A stretch of 63,197 nt of DNA, counting the filler, from Octopus bimaculoides (Eukaryota): assembly GCF_001194135.2 (NCBI RefSeq). It is 8 parts of 7 records of this genome, joined end to end, with 100 filler letters (N's around TTAATTAATTAA, not from the genome) between each part and the next. Parts side by side here need not be neighbours in the genome. Positions count along the whole stretch, not along the records: positions 1 to 7,013 come from NC_068986.1; positions 7,114 to 28,824 come from NC_068990.1; 6 more parts are not named here. One strand, 5' to 3'. The translations under genes were made by a program, and so were the position numbers. Under the pieces are notes generated by a model that worked only from the letters and a program-made list of their open reading frames with translations, was not told the origin of the DNA and ran no database searches. This document shows, in pieces, positions 1-12,479 of the stretch (positions are counted from its first letter, which is position 1; every line of letters begins with the position of its first letter).

Positions 1-152
1 CTATACAGCTGGTTAGTTCAAATTAAGTTAGGAGAGAAATATGAGAACCTAGGTAACTGGGTTCAATTCTTGTTGGTATAAAAATGTCCCACTATCTGGG
101 TTTCTTGCCGTTTTTTTAGGGGGCTGTCTAGATGGGTTGTGATCTGCATGTT

Positions 153-436
153 TCAGCCATTCAGTTTTGGTGAGAATTTTGCTATGAAGTATTTCTCCAT
201 ATTTTTCCTGAAGGAGGTATCATTCCTTGAGCATTTGTAGAAGGGAAAGATCTTAAATTTTCCTTCCCCACATGTTCCTAGGTGCTCACTTAGTGGAATT
301 TTCCGTAGTTCCTCCTGTAGGACATGTTGTCGGTGAATTCTGGCTCGTTGACATAAGGAATTTCCAGTTTCACCTATATAATTCTCCTTGCATGTGGGGC
401 AGGTTATGCAGTATATTACATTCTGCGTCTTGCAGT
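153..436 (-). mobile_element. Penelope-like retroelement, C-terminal GIY-YIG endonuclease fragment (5' part lost in gap)
   Basis: Translation CKTQNVIYCITCPTCKENYIGETGNSLCQRARIHRQ...MEKYFIAKFSPKLNG matches the PLE GIY-YIG pattern (NVIYxIxC..C...YIGET...R..EH...E...I....P.LN). Confidence 0.85.
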
Positions 437-794
437 NNNNNNNNNNNNNNNNNNNNNNNNNNNNNNNNNNNNNNNNNNNNNNNNNNNNNNNNNNNNNNNN
501 NNNNNNNNNNNNNNNNNNNNNNNNNNNNNNNNNNNNNNNNNNNNNNNNNNNNNNNNNNNNNNNNNNNNNNNNNNNNNNNNNNNNNNNNNNNNNNNNNNNN
601 NNNNNNNNNNNNNNNNNNNNNNNNNNNNNNNNNNNNNNNNNNNNNNNNNNNNNNNNNNNNNNNNNNNNNNNNNNNNNNNNNNNNNNNNNNNNNNNNNNNN
701 NNNNNNNNNNNNNNNNNNNNNNNNNNNNNNNNNNNNNNNNNNNNNNNNNNNNNNNNNNNNNNNNNNNNNNNNNNNNNNNNNNNNNNNNNNNNNN

Positions 795-828
<34 letters not shown>

Positions 829-1879
829 CGAGGAGAATGAAAGAAGGAAATAAAGGACAAATGGGAAGAATAGAGAGAGAGAATAAAGAAGAGAATGAAA
901 GAGAGTAAGAAAGAAGAAAAGAGATGGAAGGAAAGGAGCATAGAACTAAAAGAAAATAAGATGAATGAAACAGAGGAGAAATAAAGAAAGCGAAATAGGT
1001 GAGACAAAAATAAAATAAAATGGATAAAAATAAGAAAAGAGAAATAAGAAAAATAAAAGATGAATAAAATTAGGAAATTTTGATTTCTTCAGATTTCTTC
1101 CGACTGAGGTGATTTCTATAAACGTTGATAAATATTGAACAAGTTCACAAAGTAACGTTTAATGAATACATATTCAGTCTCGCTTTGGAAATAGAACTTA
1201 TGGTTAAACCACAGGTATCTCTCTCACTCCTTTTCTTTCTCTCTCTCTGTTCTTGTCTCTGTCTGTCTGTCTATCTGCTTATTTGTCTGTCTGTCTGTCT
1301 GTCTGTCTATCTGTCTCTCTATCTCGCTCTTTCTTTCTGAAATGAACAGGCTTACTAGACGCTGAGTTGTTCTCAGAGTCATCCTACAAGGTGAGACAGA
1401 AAGAGGGTGAAAGCGAGAGAGAACGAGAAAGATAGAAAGAAAGAAAGAGCAAGCAGTTTCCAGTTGCTTATGAAAATGCTACGAGTAAGAGGCACCCGTT
1501 TTATGCATTCATATACCAGTACGTTCGCTTGCAGAGTGTATCAGTGAAGAACTAAACTATTTTCTCTGTTGGACGAACTCGAGAACAACACAACGAGTTT
1601 CAGTTGATTACTACCGACTTTTCAAGAGCGAGTTGCTTATGAAAATACTTTGAGAAACGGGTACCGATTTAATTCATGTACACCAGTATGTCCGCTGGTG
1701 GAGTAGTGCATCTGTTGATAAAAAGGCCCCACTCTCACTCTCTTTCCTCCTATCTCTCTTCCTCTCTCCCCCCTCGATCTCCCATTCTCCTTTTGCAGGA
1801 CGGATATGAAAACAACTCTGCTAGCTCCGACTGGTTATTGCCGGCTTATCAAGAACATTTACTGCGTTTTCTCAGCGCG

Positions 1880-2047
1880 CACGCACACACACACACACCC
1901 ACACACACACCCACACACACACCCACACACACACACACACACACATACACAGATCGAGAGAGAGAGAGAGTAAGAGAGAGATAGGGAGATAGATAGATCG
2001 ATAGATTATAGTTATATATATATATATATATATATATAACTATAATC

Positions 2048-2084
<37 letters not shown>

Positions 2085-2085
2085 G
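1880..2085. repeat. Compound microsatellite (CA)n/(GA)n/(TA)n
   Basis: Directly visible dinucleotide runs. Confidence 0.95.
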
Positions 2086-4116
2086 GAAAGAACTCCCAAT
2101 TTATTCCCAATTAATTAAGTTTCACAAAACTCACCTCAATCAGAAGTAATCTTAAGAAATCGAAATTTACACATCACTTGTGTCAGTCAACGGACTGCGA
2201 CCATGTGGGTGCATGATCGAAAACGTCGACCCCAGTTTTTTAAAGCCTTTTGCTTATTCTACTGACCTCTTTTGTCGAACTGCTGGCCTACGGGGATGTA
2301 GACAAACCCACACCGTTGACAAGCGACGGTAGGGTACAAACGCAGATATAGTGGATTATATCGACCCTAGTATTCAACTGGTACTTATTTTATCGACTCC
2401 CAAAAGGTACCAGTCGACCTCGGTGAAATTTAAAACTCGGACCGCAAATTCGAATAAAATGCCGCCGAGCGTTATCTTTATCTGGCGTGCTAAAAACTCC
2501 GCCAGCTCGCTACCACGCAATTACCAAAGATATTAATGAACTTAAACGAAGTTCATTCATTCCCATAGTTACAACCAGGATTCGGCTCATGTTGTGGTAT
2601 ATATTTCTTCATCTATACTCAATGACCGGATGGCTCTCCTATCATGATTATCTCCTACTTTCCATCCTCGGCACGACATTTCATACTTAAAATTATATAA
2701 TATAATAATAATATAATATAATATAATATAATATATATTAAACCATGTAGTATACTTTATTAGATTATACGTCATTTATTATATTACATTATCTATTTAT
2801 TCCGTTATATGGTTGTTTACATATGTATTTAGTCAAAGGCGTTAGTTGTTTATTTAGGTAGTTTTCGTGTTCCTAGATTCCACCGAGAAACTCTACCGAG
2901 GAACTCTGTGAGAGTGAAAAGTGTAAAAAAAAAATTGTCTGGTTATTGATTCATTATTAATATATCGCTGTAGGTGAAACTTTATTATATATATGTATGT
3001 ATGTATGTATGTACGTATGTATGTATGCAGCACACCAAAACACGCAATGCAACATAACATCATAATACAGATAACAAATACGTACACACATACACACACA
3101 CAAATACATACACACACACACACACACACAGACACACACACAGACACACACACAGGTATCACCAAAACACGCACACATCAGAACACATACAAGGCAGACG
3201 TCAAGGATGTGAATATATATATATTCACATCCTTGACGTCTGCCTTGAATGTGTTCTGATGTGTGCGTGTTNNNNNNNNNNNNNNNNNNNNNNNNNNNNN
3301 NNNNNNNNNNNNNNNNNNNNNNNNNNNNNNNNNNNNNNNNNNNNNNNNNNNNNNNNNNNNNNNNNNNNNNNNNNNNNNNNNNNNNNNNNNNNNNNNNNNN
3401 NNNNNNNNNNNNNNNNNNNNNNNNNNNNNNNNNNNNNNNNNNNNNNNNNNNNNNNNNNNNNNNNNNNNNNNNNNNNNNNNNNNNNNNNNNNNNNNNNNNN
3501 NNNNNNNNNNNNNNNNNNNNNNNNNNNNNNNNNNNNNNNNNNNNNNNNNNNNNNNNNNNNNNNNNNNNNNNNNNNNNNNNNNNNNNNNNNNNNNNNNNNN
3601 NNNNNNNNNNNNNNNNNNNNNNNNNNNNNNNNNNNNNNNNNNNNNNNNNNNNNNNNNNNNNNNNNNNNNNNNNNNNNNNNNNNNNNNNNNNNNNNNNNNT
3701 ATATATATATATATATGTATGTATGTATGCATGTATGTATGTATATATGTATGAATATGTAGATGTATTTGTATATGTATATGTATACCTTGCTGTGCCC
3801 TCGTGCATTCACGAGCGTATATTCACATACTTGTGTGTCTGCAGCTATGTAAATGGATGTAAGCACATTTAGATATACATACATATACTTGAACAGGCGA
3901 AAATACATAATTTTTTGTCTATAGATATACGCATTTACATCACACAAAGACGTAAGTATACATGTGTGTACGTATATCCATATACACGCACGCACGCACA
4001 CAAACACACACACACATATGTACATATATGTAGATGTTATATCTATAAATGTGTGTGTAGTTGTATGCAGCTGTGTGTACTTATATGTACACGCAGATAA
4101 ACTGCCATCATGGTAA

Positions 4117-4160
<44 letters not shown>

Positions 4161-4654
4161 NNNNNNNNNNNNNNNNNNNNNNNNNNNNNNNNNNNNNNNN
4201 NNNNNNNNNNNNNNNNNNNNNNNNNNNNNNNNNNNNNNNNNNNNNNNNNNNNNNNNNNNNNNNNNNNNNNNNNNNNNNNNNNNNNNNNNNNNNNNNNNNN
4301 NNNNNNNNNNNNNNNNNNNNNNNNNNNNNNNNNNNNNNNNNNNNNNNNNNNNNNNNNNNNNNNNNNNNNNNNNNNNNNNNNNNNNNNNNNNNNNNNNNNN
4401 NNNNNNNNNNNNNNNNNNNNNNNNNNNNNNNNNNNNNNNNNNNNNNNNNNNNNNNNNNNNNNNNNNNNNNNNNNNNNNNNNNNNNNNNNNNNNNNNNNNN
4501 NNNNNNNNNNNNNNNNNNNNNNNNNNNNNNNNNNNNNNNNNNNNNNNNNNNNNNNNNNNNNNNNNNNNNNNNNNNNNNNNNNNNNNNNNNNNNNNNNNNN
4601 NNNNNNNNNNNNNNNNNNNNNNNNNNNNNNNNNNNNNNNNNNNNNNNNNNNNNN

Positions 4655-4713
<59 letters not shown>

Positions 4714-4924
4714 GAATGAGGGAAACGGAAAATGGATGGAATTTGCAAGAATTTTTATCGCCCAATAAATAAATGATAATTTGTGGCGCCGGCGCAAGGT
4801 TATCCATTGCCGGGCTGTTGTCCAGTCGATCAGTCTGAGTACTCGACTGTTATTATATTTTAGTGACCACTCCACCGCCACCCGGAACAACATCATTAAC
4901 AGACATAAAACCGTAGTAAATGAA

Positions 4925-5745
4925 TGGGGAGAGGGAGAGAGAGAGAGAGAGAGAGAAAGAAGAAAGAAGAAGGAGAAGCAGGGAAGGAAAAAAGAGAGAG
5001 AAGGAGAAGCAGGGAAGGAAAAAAAGGAGAGAGGAGAGAGGAGAGAGATGGTTTGAAAGAGAAAGGATAGAAGGTGAGGGAAACAGGGAGGGAGAGAAAA
5101 GACGAAAGGGAGGGAGGGAGAGGGATGTAGAGAGAGGGAGGGTGATAGAGGGAAGTGTAGAGAAGAAGGAAGAGTGAAGGAGAGAGATGCAGAAAGAGAG
5201 GGAGAAGAGAGCCTCTTCGTTGTTACTTGATCTGCAAGAGAAAACAGTTAAATCTGTCTCATATCTCACACGTACACAGCATTGAAATAACGTCACCAAC
5301 TGACATACTGACATAACAATAAGCCAACATGAGAGAGAGAGAGAGAAAGGGAAAAAGAGAGATAGAAGGTGATAGAGGGAGGGAGAAAGAGAGAGAGGAA
5401 AGGTGAGAGGGCGTGGGAGAGAATGTAGGAGGAAGAGAGCGAGGGAGAAAGGTAGAATGTAAGAAATAAGGAAGGAGGGGTGAGAGGGAAGAGAGGGAGC
5501 GATAAGGAGAGAAAGGGAGGGAGAGAGTGGGAAAGAGTGGGAAGGTGAGAGGGGGCATGTATAGAAAAGAGAAGGGAAGAGAAAAAAGAGTACAAGTTTG
5601 GGATGGAGACAAATGAAAACAGAAAGAAAGAAGAAAGAATCAATATAAAAAGATGGGAAAGAACGAAAGACGAGATGAAGAAAGAAAGCAAGAAAGAGAG
5701 AGAGAGAGAGAGAAAGAAAGAGAGCGAGTGAGAAAGACAGGCAGC
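4925..5745. repeat. Purine-rich (GA-rich) low-complexity tract
   Basis: About 800 bp almost entirely G/A on the + strand; the ORFs here are compositional artefacts. Confidence 0.9.
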
Positions 5746-6065
5746 CATGACATGTTTCTCAAATCCATTAATCTTCCCTTAAGCTTAAGCAAAGCTACAT
5801 AAGATATAAGTAATTTAGTTATTCTATGAGAGAGAACACTTCAAATTTCCTGAAATAATCCGTTCTTGCAGAAAGGAAATTGACCTAATCTTTAAATTGT
5901 GACTTAAATTCTCAGAACTGGATTTTCGTTTAGGATAGAGTGTGATTTTGTCTATGTTTAGATCCAAACACTTTTAATGTTAGTGAATGTTTTTAGATAG
6001 AAACAGGACAGAAAAAAAAATAAAAGAATGAAAGAAATATGGTGAAGAGAACAAATTTGTTCTAG

Positions 6066-6357
6066 AAAAGAAAAATAGGAAATGATTTGAAATACTGAGC
6101 ATTTTTTAAGAGAGGAATCTTTGATTTGTTACTTGTGTACCCTAACCAGATGTATTAACTTTGATCCTGTTTGGCCCTATATAATTCTCATTGCATCGTA
6201 GGCATGTGATATAAAAGAAAATTAGGAAATGATTTAAAATACTGAACATTTTAAAGGGATTTGTTGCTTGATTTGTTGTTTGTGTACCCTAACCCGATAT
6301 ATTGATTTTGATTTTGTTTGACCCGATATAATTCTCACTGCATTGTGGGCATGCGAT
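6066..6357. repeat. Diverged tandem duplication, two ~147-bp units
   Basis: aaaagaaaa(a/t)taggaaatgattt...gtgtaccctaacc...ataattctca(t/c)tgcat...ggcatg(t/c)gat occurs at 6066 and 6213. Confidence 0.8.
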
Positions 6358-7013
6358 GCTGTAAATGAGATTTTTGTTTTACAATTCATATTTGCATTAA
6401 CCTCGAGTTCCTTCCTATTCTTGATTTTCTTTTTTGTTTTGCTCTGTTCACTATTTCACAAGTCTTACTATGAAGGTCTACGCATTTTCTTACCTACGCT
6501 TTTTCTTCTTCTAATGTGAATTTCGCTATTGTTTCGAGTCTCTTACAATTTTGGTGGTTGTCTTCAGCTGTTGATAATTTGTGATTCGTTACTTAATTAT
6601 CTGAGATTTGATAATTGGTGTAGGATTGAAAGATATCGATGGGCCAAATGTGAGATGTTTAGGTTTCTAAGATTATGAGTGACTACAGGGAAATATTTAT
6701 AGAATAGAAATGTTCCACGCAGTGAAATCCAGACATTCGTGCAAAAAGAAAATTTAAACTGTTCATTATTTTCAAAATAAAGAAATGATCAACTGCGAAA
6801 GGCAAAAGAATAATACTTTATTTTAAATCCGAAACCGGTTCCTGTTTAAGAATGCTTTTTTAGGTGATTTTAAATGTCTTGCCCGCTCACCTTTTGGTAT
6901 GCTGCTATATTTCATATTGAGAACAATTTAGGTCTTAATAGACACAAGATGTGATCTATTTCTAGCGCATTAATTGTCCACGTTAGTGGTCGACGTTATT
7001 TAAAAAAAATATA

Positions 7014-7113
7014 NNNNNNNNNNNNNNNNNNNNNNNNNNNNNNNNNNNNNNNNNNNNTTAATTAATTAANNNNNNNNNNNNNNNNNNNNNNNNNNNNNNN
7101 NNNNNNNNNNNNN
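7014..7113. other. Artificial scaffold-joining spacer
   Basis: 44 N + TTAATTAATTAA (stops in all six frames) + 44 N. Confidence 0.95.
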
Positions 7114-7114
7114 C

Positions 7115-7402
7115 CACCGTCTTCTGCGTAAGGGAAACTATGCCCAACGTGTTGGTGCCGGAGCCCCAGTCTACTTGGCTGCTGTTATGGAATATTTGGC
7201 TGCCGAAGTGTTGGAATTGGCAGGAAATGCTGCCAGAGACAACAAGAAATCCAGAATTATTCCCCGTCATTTACAGTTGGCCATCCGTAACGACGAAGAA
7301 TTGAACAAACTTTTGTCTGGAGTGACCATCGCCCAGGGTGGTGTTCTTCCCAATATCCAGGCTGTTCTTCTGCCCAAGAAGACCCAGAAGCCTTCTAAGT
7401 AA
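7115..7402 (+). CDS. H2A: Histone H2A copy 1, replication-dependent (5' end cut by scaffold start)
   Basis: [95 protein letters not shown]; intronless; followed by stem-loop. Confidence 0.97.
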   Translation, partial: HRLLRKGNYAQRVGAGAPVYLAAVMEYLAAEVLELAGNAARDNKKSRIIPRHLQLAIRNDEELNKLLSGVTIAQGGVLPNIQAVLLPKKTQKPSK

Positions 7403-7436
7403 GCGCTTTCGTTGATTGCGTTTGACTTAATCTAAC

Positions 7437-7452
7437 GGCCCTTTTCAGGGCC
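7437..7452 (+). terminator. Histone 3' UTR stem-loop (H2A copy 1)
   Basis: GGCCCTTTTCAGGGCC preceded by CTAAC. Confidence 0.95.
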
Positions 7453-7967
7453 CTCTACATCATAATTTTAGTCTACTTACCGTTTATTTTATTTGCGATT
7501 CGATTCTTCATAGCAAGACATGAAGCTTATGGTTATAACCTAGTGCTTCTTAACTATTTTATCCCTGGACGCCTTTGTTTACTTGACGGAGCCCCTCTTA
7601 ACTAGTTTTACAGATCCTTTTATTTCCTTAACCGTGATTTGTAATATCTACACCTATCTTAAAAGCTGCCCACCCTGAGTGGGAGTGTCTGTAAACGGAT
7701 CGCTGACTTGTTTTGGAGAATTTGTTGCAATTGCTTCCCCCAGAGTCATATCCCAATCATGATCATATTCATACAGAAAATTTCGCCGAAAACCGTCGCA
7801 GTAATGAAGACAAATCCAAAATTTCATGATTGCAGGTTCGGATTCGGCCCGGAATGTTTATAATTTACTCACGGAGTTAGCCTTTAGATTATAAGAATTG
7901 TTATCATACAAAAGAATTTCTCGAAAAAGGTCACGTAAAAAGAAATCACCGTTTGGCTTTATCCAAC

Positions 7968-7982
7968 GGCCTTTTTAGGGCC
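7968..7982 (+). pseudogene. Orphan degenerate histone stem-loop with H2A-type downstream flank, no coding region upstream
   Basis: CCAAC-GGCCTTTTTAGGGCC (15 nt, one base short of canonical) then catagtcttcttg...ttttatttgcgatt, as downstream of H2A copy 3. Confidence 0.7.
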
Positions 7983-9984
7983 CCTTACTTTCTTCACATA
8001 GTCTTCTTGTCGATTTTATTTGCGATTTTTNNNNNNNNNNNNNNNNNNNNNNNNNNNNNNNNNNNNNNNNNNNNNNNNNNNNNNNNNNNNNNNNNNNNNN
8101 NNNNNNNNNNNNNNNNNNNNNNNNNNNNNNNNNNNNNNNNNNNNNNNNNNNNNNNNNNNNNNNNNNNNNNNNNNNNNNNNNNNNNNNNNNNNNNNNNNNN
8201 NNNNNNNNNNNNNNNNNNNNNNNNNNNNNNNNNNNNNNNNNNNNNNNNNNNNNNNNNNNNNNNNNNNNNNNNNNNNNNNNNNNNNNNNNNNNNNNNNNNN
8301 NNNNNNNNNNNNNNNNNNNNNNNNNNNNNNNNNNNNNNNNNNNNNNNNNNNNNNNNNNNNNNNNNNNNNNNNNNNNNNNNNNNNNNNNNNNNNNNNNNNN
8401 NNNNNNNNNNNNNNNNNNNNNNNNNNNNNNNNNNNNNNNNNNNNNNNNNNNNNNNNNNNNNNNNNNNNNNNNNNNNNNNNNNNNNNNNNNNNNNNNNNNN
8501 NNNNNNNNNNNNNNNNNNNNNNNNNNNNNNNNNNNNNNNNNNNNNNNNNNNNNNNNNNNNNNNNNNNNNNNNNNNNNNNNNNNNNNNNNNNNNNNNNNNN
8601 NNNNNNNNNNNNNNNNNNNGGTAAAAAAGAATTTGATTAAAGGGAGATTTGGCTGTAATTTCTAGCATATTATATACAGCTTTGGTTTCTTTTTTATCTC
8701 ATTATGAAAAGTAAATCCATATATATATGTATGTATAATTATAACGGTAAAAAATCATATATTAATTAATATCGATTTATTACCAGGAAGCTAGCACATT
8801 TAAAGAATCAGATTCAGAAAAAATATCTGAGATCTTAGGGGATTAAAGTATATTTTTATATATAACGTTGACCACTAAAGTGGACATTTAATGTGCTAGA
8901 AATAGACCACATGTGTCTACTAAGACCTAAATTGTTCTCAAAACGAAATTCAGTGGAGTACCAAAACGTATGCAGGCAAGACAGTGAAAATTACAGAACA
9001 ATTTAGGTCTTAGTGGTCAACGTTATATATAAAAAATATGTATATATATATATATATGTGTGTGTGTATGTGTATATATATATGTGTGTATATAAATATA
9101 TATATATATATATACCTATGTATATGTATGTATTATCAGGGGTATGAAAGGTATTGGTGTCAGGAAGATCCAAAAGGTATCGGGTAATCGCTAAGTGCTA
9201 TGGATAATAGGCCATGGTTAAGTTCCAGGCTCGATAAGGATACAAGTGAGGAGTCCAACATGGGTCATGTATTAGCATGCATATATATATAAATTGACAG
9301 AATGAGATAAAATATACAAGGCAGTAAATTGATTTCATAACATTTATCAAGAAAATGACTTACAGCTGTTTCCGGGATATGTTATACAGTGCGATATAAT
9401 GTTTGAGTATTAATTAGTATAGAGAAGATGTGAAATACAGAGGAAGTAAGAGAATGAATATAGAAGTGAGATACATAAGGATATTGTATTTGCAGTTCCA
9501 TTATTCAAGTAGAATGGTGTATATAAAGTGGTAGAAAAATTGTTTTGGTGAAGAAATTTTCTTGTACCTGGTGTGTGAGTTCCAATGGTGGTTATATTTG
9601 GTCATTCCAAGCATAGAGCCTTGTAAAGTGTTGGTCGATCAAGGTTTTTTTTTTTTTTTTGTGTGAATTAAAATATGTTGGTAGTGTTAATGTACAGAGA
9701 GAAAGGAGAGATGTGTATGATTAGAAAGAGGAGATAAATCAAANNNNNNNNNNAGGGAGGGAGACAAAAACAAATGAAGAGAGAATGGGAAGAAAAAGAG
9801 AAGAAGCAAAAGGGAGGGAGACAAAAACAAATGAAGAGAGAGGGAACGAAATGAGAGAGGGTGTGTTAGCTAATGGCAAGAATAAAGGGAGAGGTGAGGA
9901 GGGTGTTAGATAGTGGTCAGAATAAAGTGACAGGAGGAAGGGAGAGGTGAGGAGGGTGTTAGATAGTGGCCAGAATAAAGGGAG

Positions 9985-10781
9985 AGGAAAGCATTGGGTC
10001 GGTGGATTTCCAAGATATTGCCCCCATCACAGATCCTCCTCCATGTTTAACAACTGGAAGAAGGCAGTCTGGGTCAAATGCTTCTTTTGGCTGTCTCCAC
10101 ACGTATACTTGGCCGGTGGTCGGGAATAAGGTAAGGATGACTCGTCCAAGAAAATAACATTCTTCCACTACTCTAGGGACCAATTCTGTAGGTTTTTACT
10201 TCACTTTAAACGCTTTGCAACGTTTGTTTTTGAAAGTAGGGTTTTCTGATTGCAGCCCTCCCGTGAAATCCGGATTTGTGCAGCTCCCGGCGAACAGTTT
10301 TTGTGGAAACTGGGTTCTCGAGGTGGTCATTAAGCTTTGCAGTAATTTTGGGAGCTGTACTTTTGTGATCCTTTCTAACAATTTGCGTAAGAGTCCGACG
10401 GTCCCTATATGAAAATTTTGGTTTTCTTCCGGAGTTTTGTTTCGACAAGGAGGTTTATCCCTCTTTCTTTAAGGCTGTCATTACTTTCGAGACAGTACCT
10501 CTTGATACACCAAACATTTCGGCTGTTTTCGTTATGCTAGTGACTGCCATACGAGCACCTACAATTTGACCTTTTTGAAAGCTCGATAGATCTGTCATTT
10601 TAATGAATTATAATTGCCTTTTTCTGATGATATCTGAAAAGAAACAGCAATTTTAGCAAAACATATTAAGCAAAACTAATAATAAATATAAAAAAATAAT
10701 AAATAAAAAGACGGTTTTATACGTATTTCAAAATTATGATGCTTTGATGCTAGGTGTTTCCATTATTTTGTTCAACCCCTG
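9985..10781 (-). mobile_element. Tc1-like transposon, 3'-truncated, with stops and frameshifts
   Basis: Terminal CAGGGGTTGAACAAAATAATGGAAACACC; ATG at 10598 gives MTDLSSFQKGQIVGAR..., then SGRKPK..RDRRTL..VSTKTVRRELHKSGFHGR and VWRQPKEAFDPDCLLPVVKHGGGSVM. Confidence 0.88.
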
Positions 10782-10988
10782 TGTATATAATTGTTAAAGA
10801 GGACAAACATTAAGGCAAGGCAAACATCTCAAGTCATATACAATATTATTATTATTATTGGAAAAAAATTCAGTCTTACAGCTGTTTTGGGGATATCCTC
10901 GAGTATGGGGATCAGTTACAGCACTTACCTAGCGTACTTAATCGTTTAGATCACCTGTGAATTAAACCCCCATACTCTGTATGTATGC

Positions 10989-11028
<40 letters not shown>

Positions 11029-12479
11029 CTCATATAATAAATCAAAATAAGCAGCATGGATTTTGAAGATGATTGCAGTACGCACGTTTCATGCTACTCC
11101 ATTTATTTAAGTAATGCGAGCATTACATTAAATGCAATATGTAGAGCAATCTTCAGCTGCACAAAAATGTAGACAATTACAGTAGAATAGACATATTATA
11201 ATTGTGGCAACATTTAAAATCCAAGTGGGAAGAAGAATACATAAAAATCCATCTTGACATAGCCAAAGCTATCAGGCTAGTAACTAGTTCTAGGCAGAAT
11301 TCTAACTGTCTCTGATTTTATTGCCTCTTATCTAGTAGTTATAGTATAAGGGGCAATCACTTCTAAGGAAAGGGAAGGTGTAAGCATTATACATGGATAT
11401 GGTTATAAAGGTTTCTCTGGTCAGAGTGGCAACACTATTATAGGTTGGGGTTTNNNNNNNNNNNNNNNNNNNNNNNNNNNNNNNNNNNNNNNNNNNNNNN
11501 NNNNNNNNNNNNNNNNNNNNNNNNNNNNNNNNNNNNNNNNNNNNNNNNNNNNNNNNNNNNNNNNNNNNNNNNNNNNNNNNNNNNNNNNNNNNNNNNNNNN
11601 NNNNNNNNNNNNNNNNNNNNNNNNNNNNNNNNNNNNNNNNNNNNNNNNNNNNNNNNNNNNNNNNNNNNNNNNNNNNNNNNNNNNNNNNNNNNNNNNNNNN
11701 NNNNNNNNNNNNNNNNNNNNNNNNNNGTTTTACAGATATCAATATTAGTTTAAATAATATTTTAATAATAAGAAGTATGTTAATAATAAAAATGTAATGT
11801 AATTAGTTTATACAAAAATCTTGAAGTAATGTCAATTTTGAATTCAAAGGCTATAGATAAGGTGTAAAGTCTAAGAATATTATATATATTGGGCCCAGGA
11901 AAACTATTTTGAATTATTTTAAAAATGATTTTAAAATATAAGCTGATATATATAATAATACTATTTTGAAGACACATAAAAGGTAAGCTTTATTTTTATA
12001 ATGTAAAGAAGAATTAGTATAGGATTTATATAGTTTATAATAATGGGTATATATCGCTTATATATAAGCGATATTTTCCACTAACAAGTAATCTATTCAT
12101 AAAAAATGCATCTTAATTTGGAGTTAATCTTAATCAATTCATCTGAGTACTTGTAATCTCACTGTGAACCACCTATTTGTTTTAATCCCTTACTCAGTGT
12201 ATCTTGGCATGATTTGCACAGGTCCAATCGCAATGGTTACCTGATGGTTAATAAGTTAAAATCTATTGAATCATTTCATTTATAATATTTAAATTCACCA
12301 TATCAACCCTCGAAACATTAAACTCAGTTGCGTTAAACATTTTACCAAATCAATATATACTTATATATTATATTTCGAGATGGTCATTTTTATTTATTTA
12401 TTTATTTTGCCAAATAAACACACGCACTATATATTTGTTCTTCAATCGTTTATTACTGTTCTTTTTTAATTTTAATTCC

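Noticed and set aside
2893-4896. Long ORFs in the track (up to 507 aa)
   Set aside because: They consist of N runs and dinucleotide repeats; the same holds for all X-filled ORFs and the poly-YI, HT and CV ORFs elsewhere.
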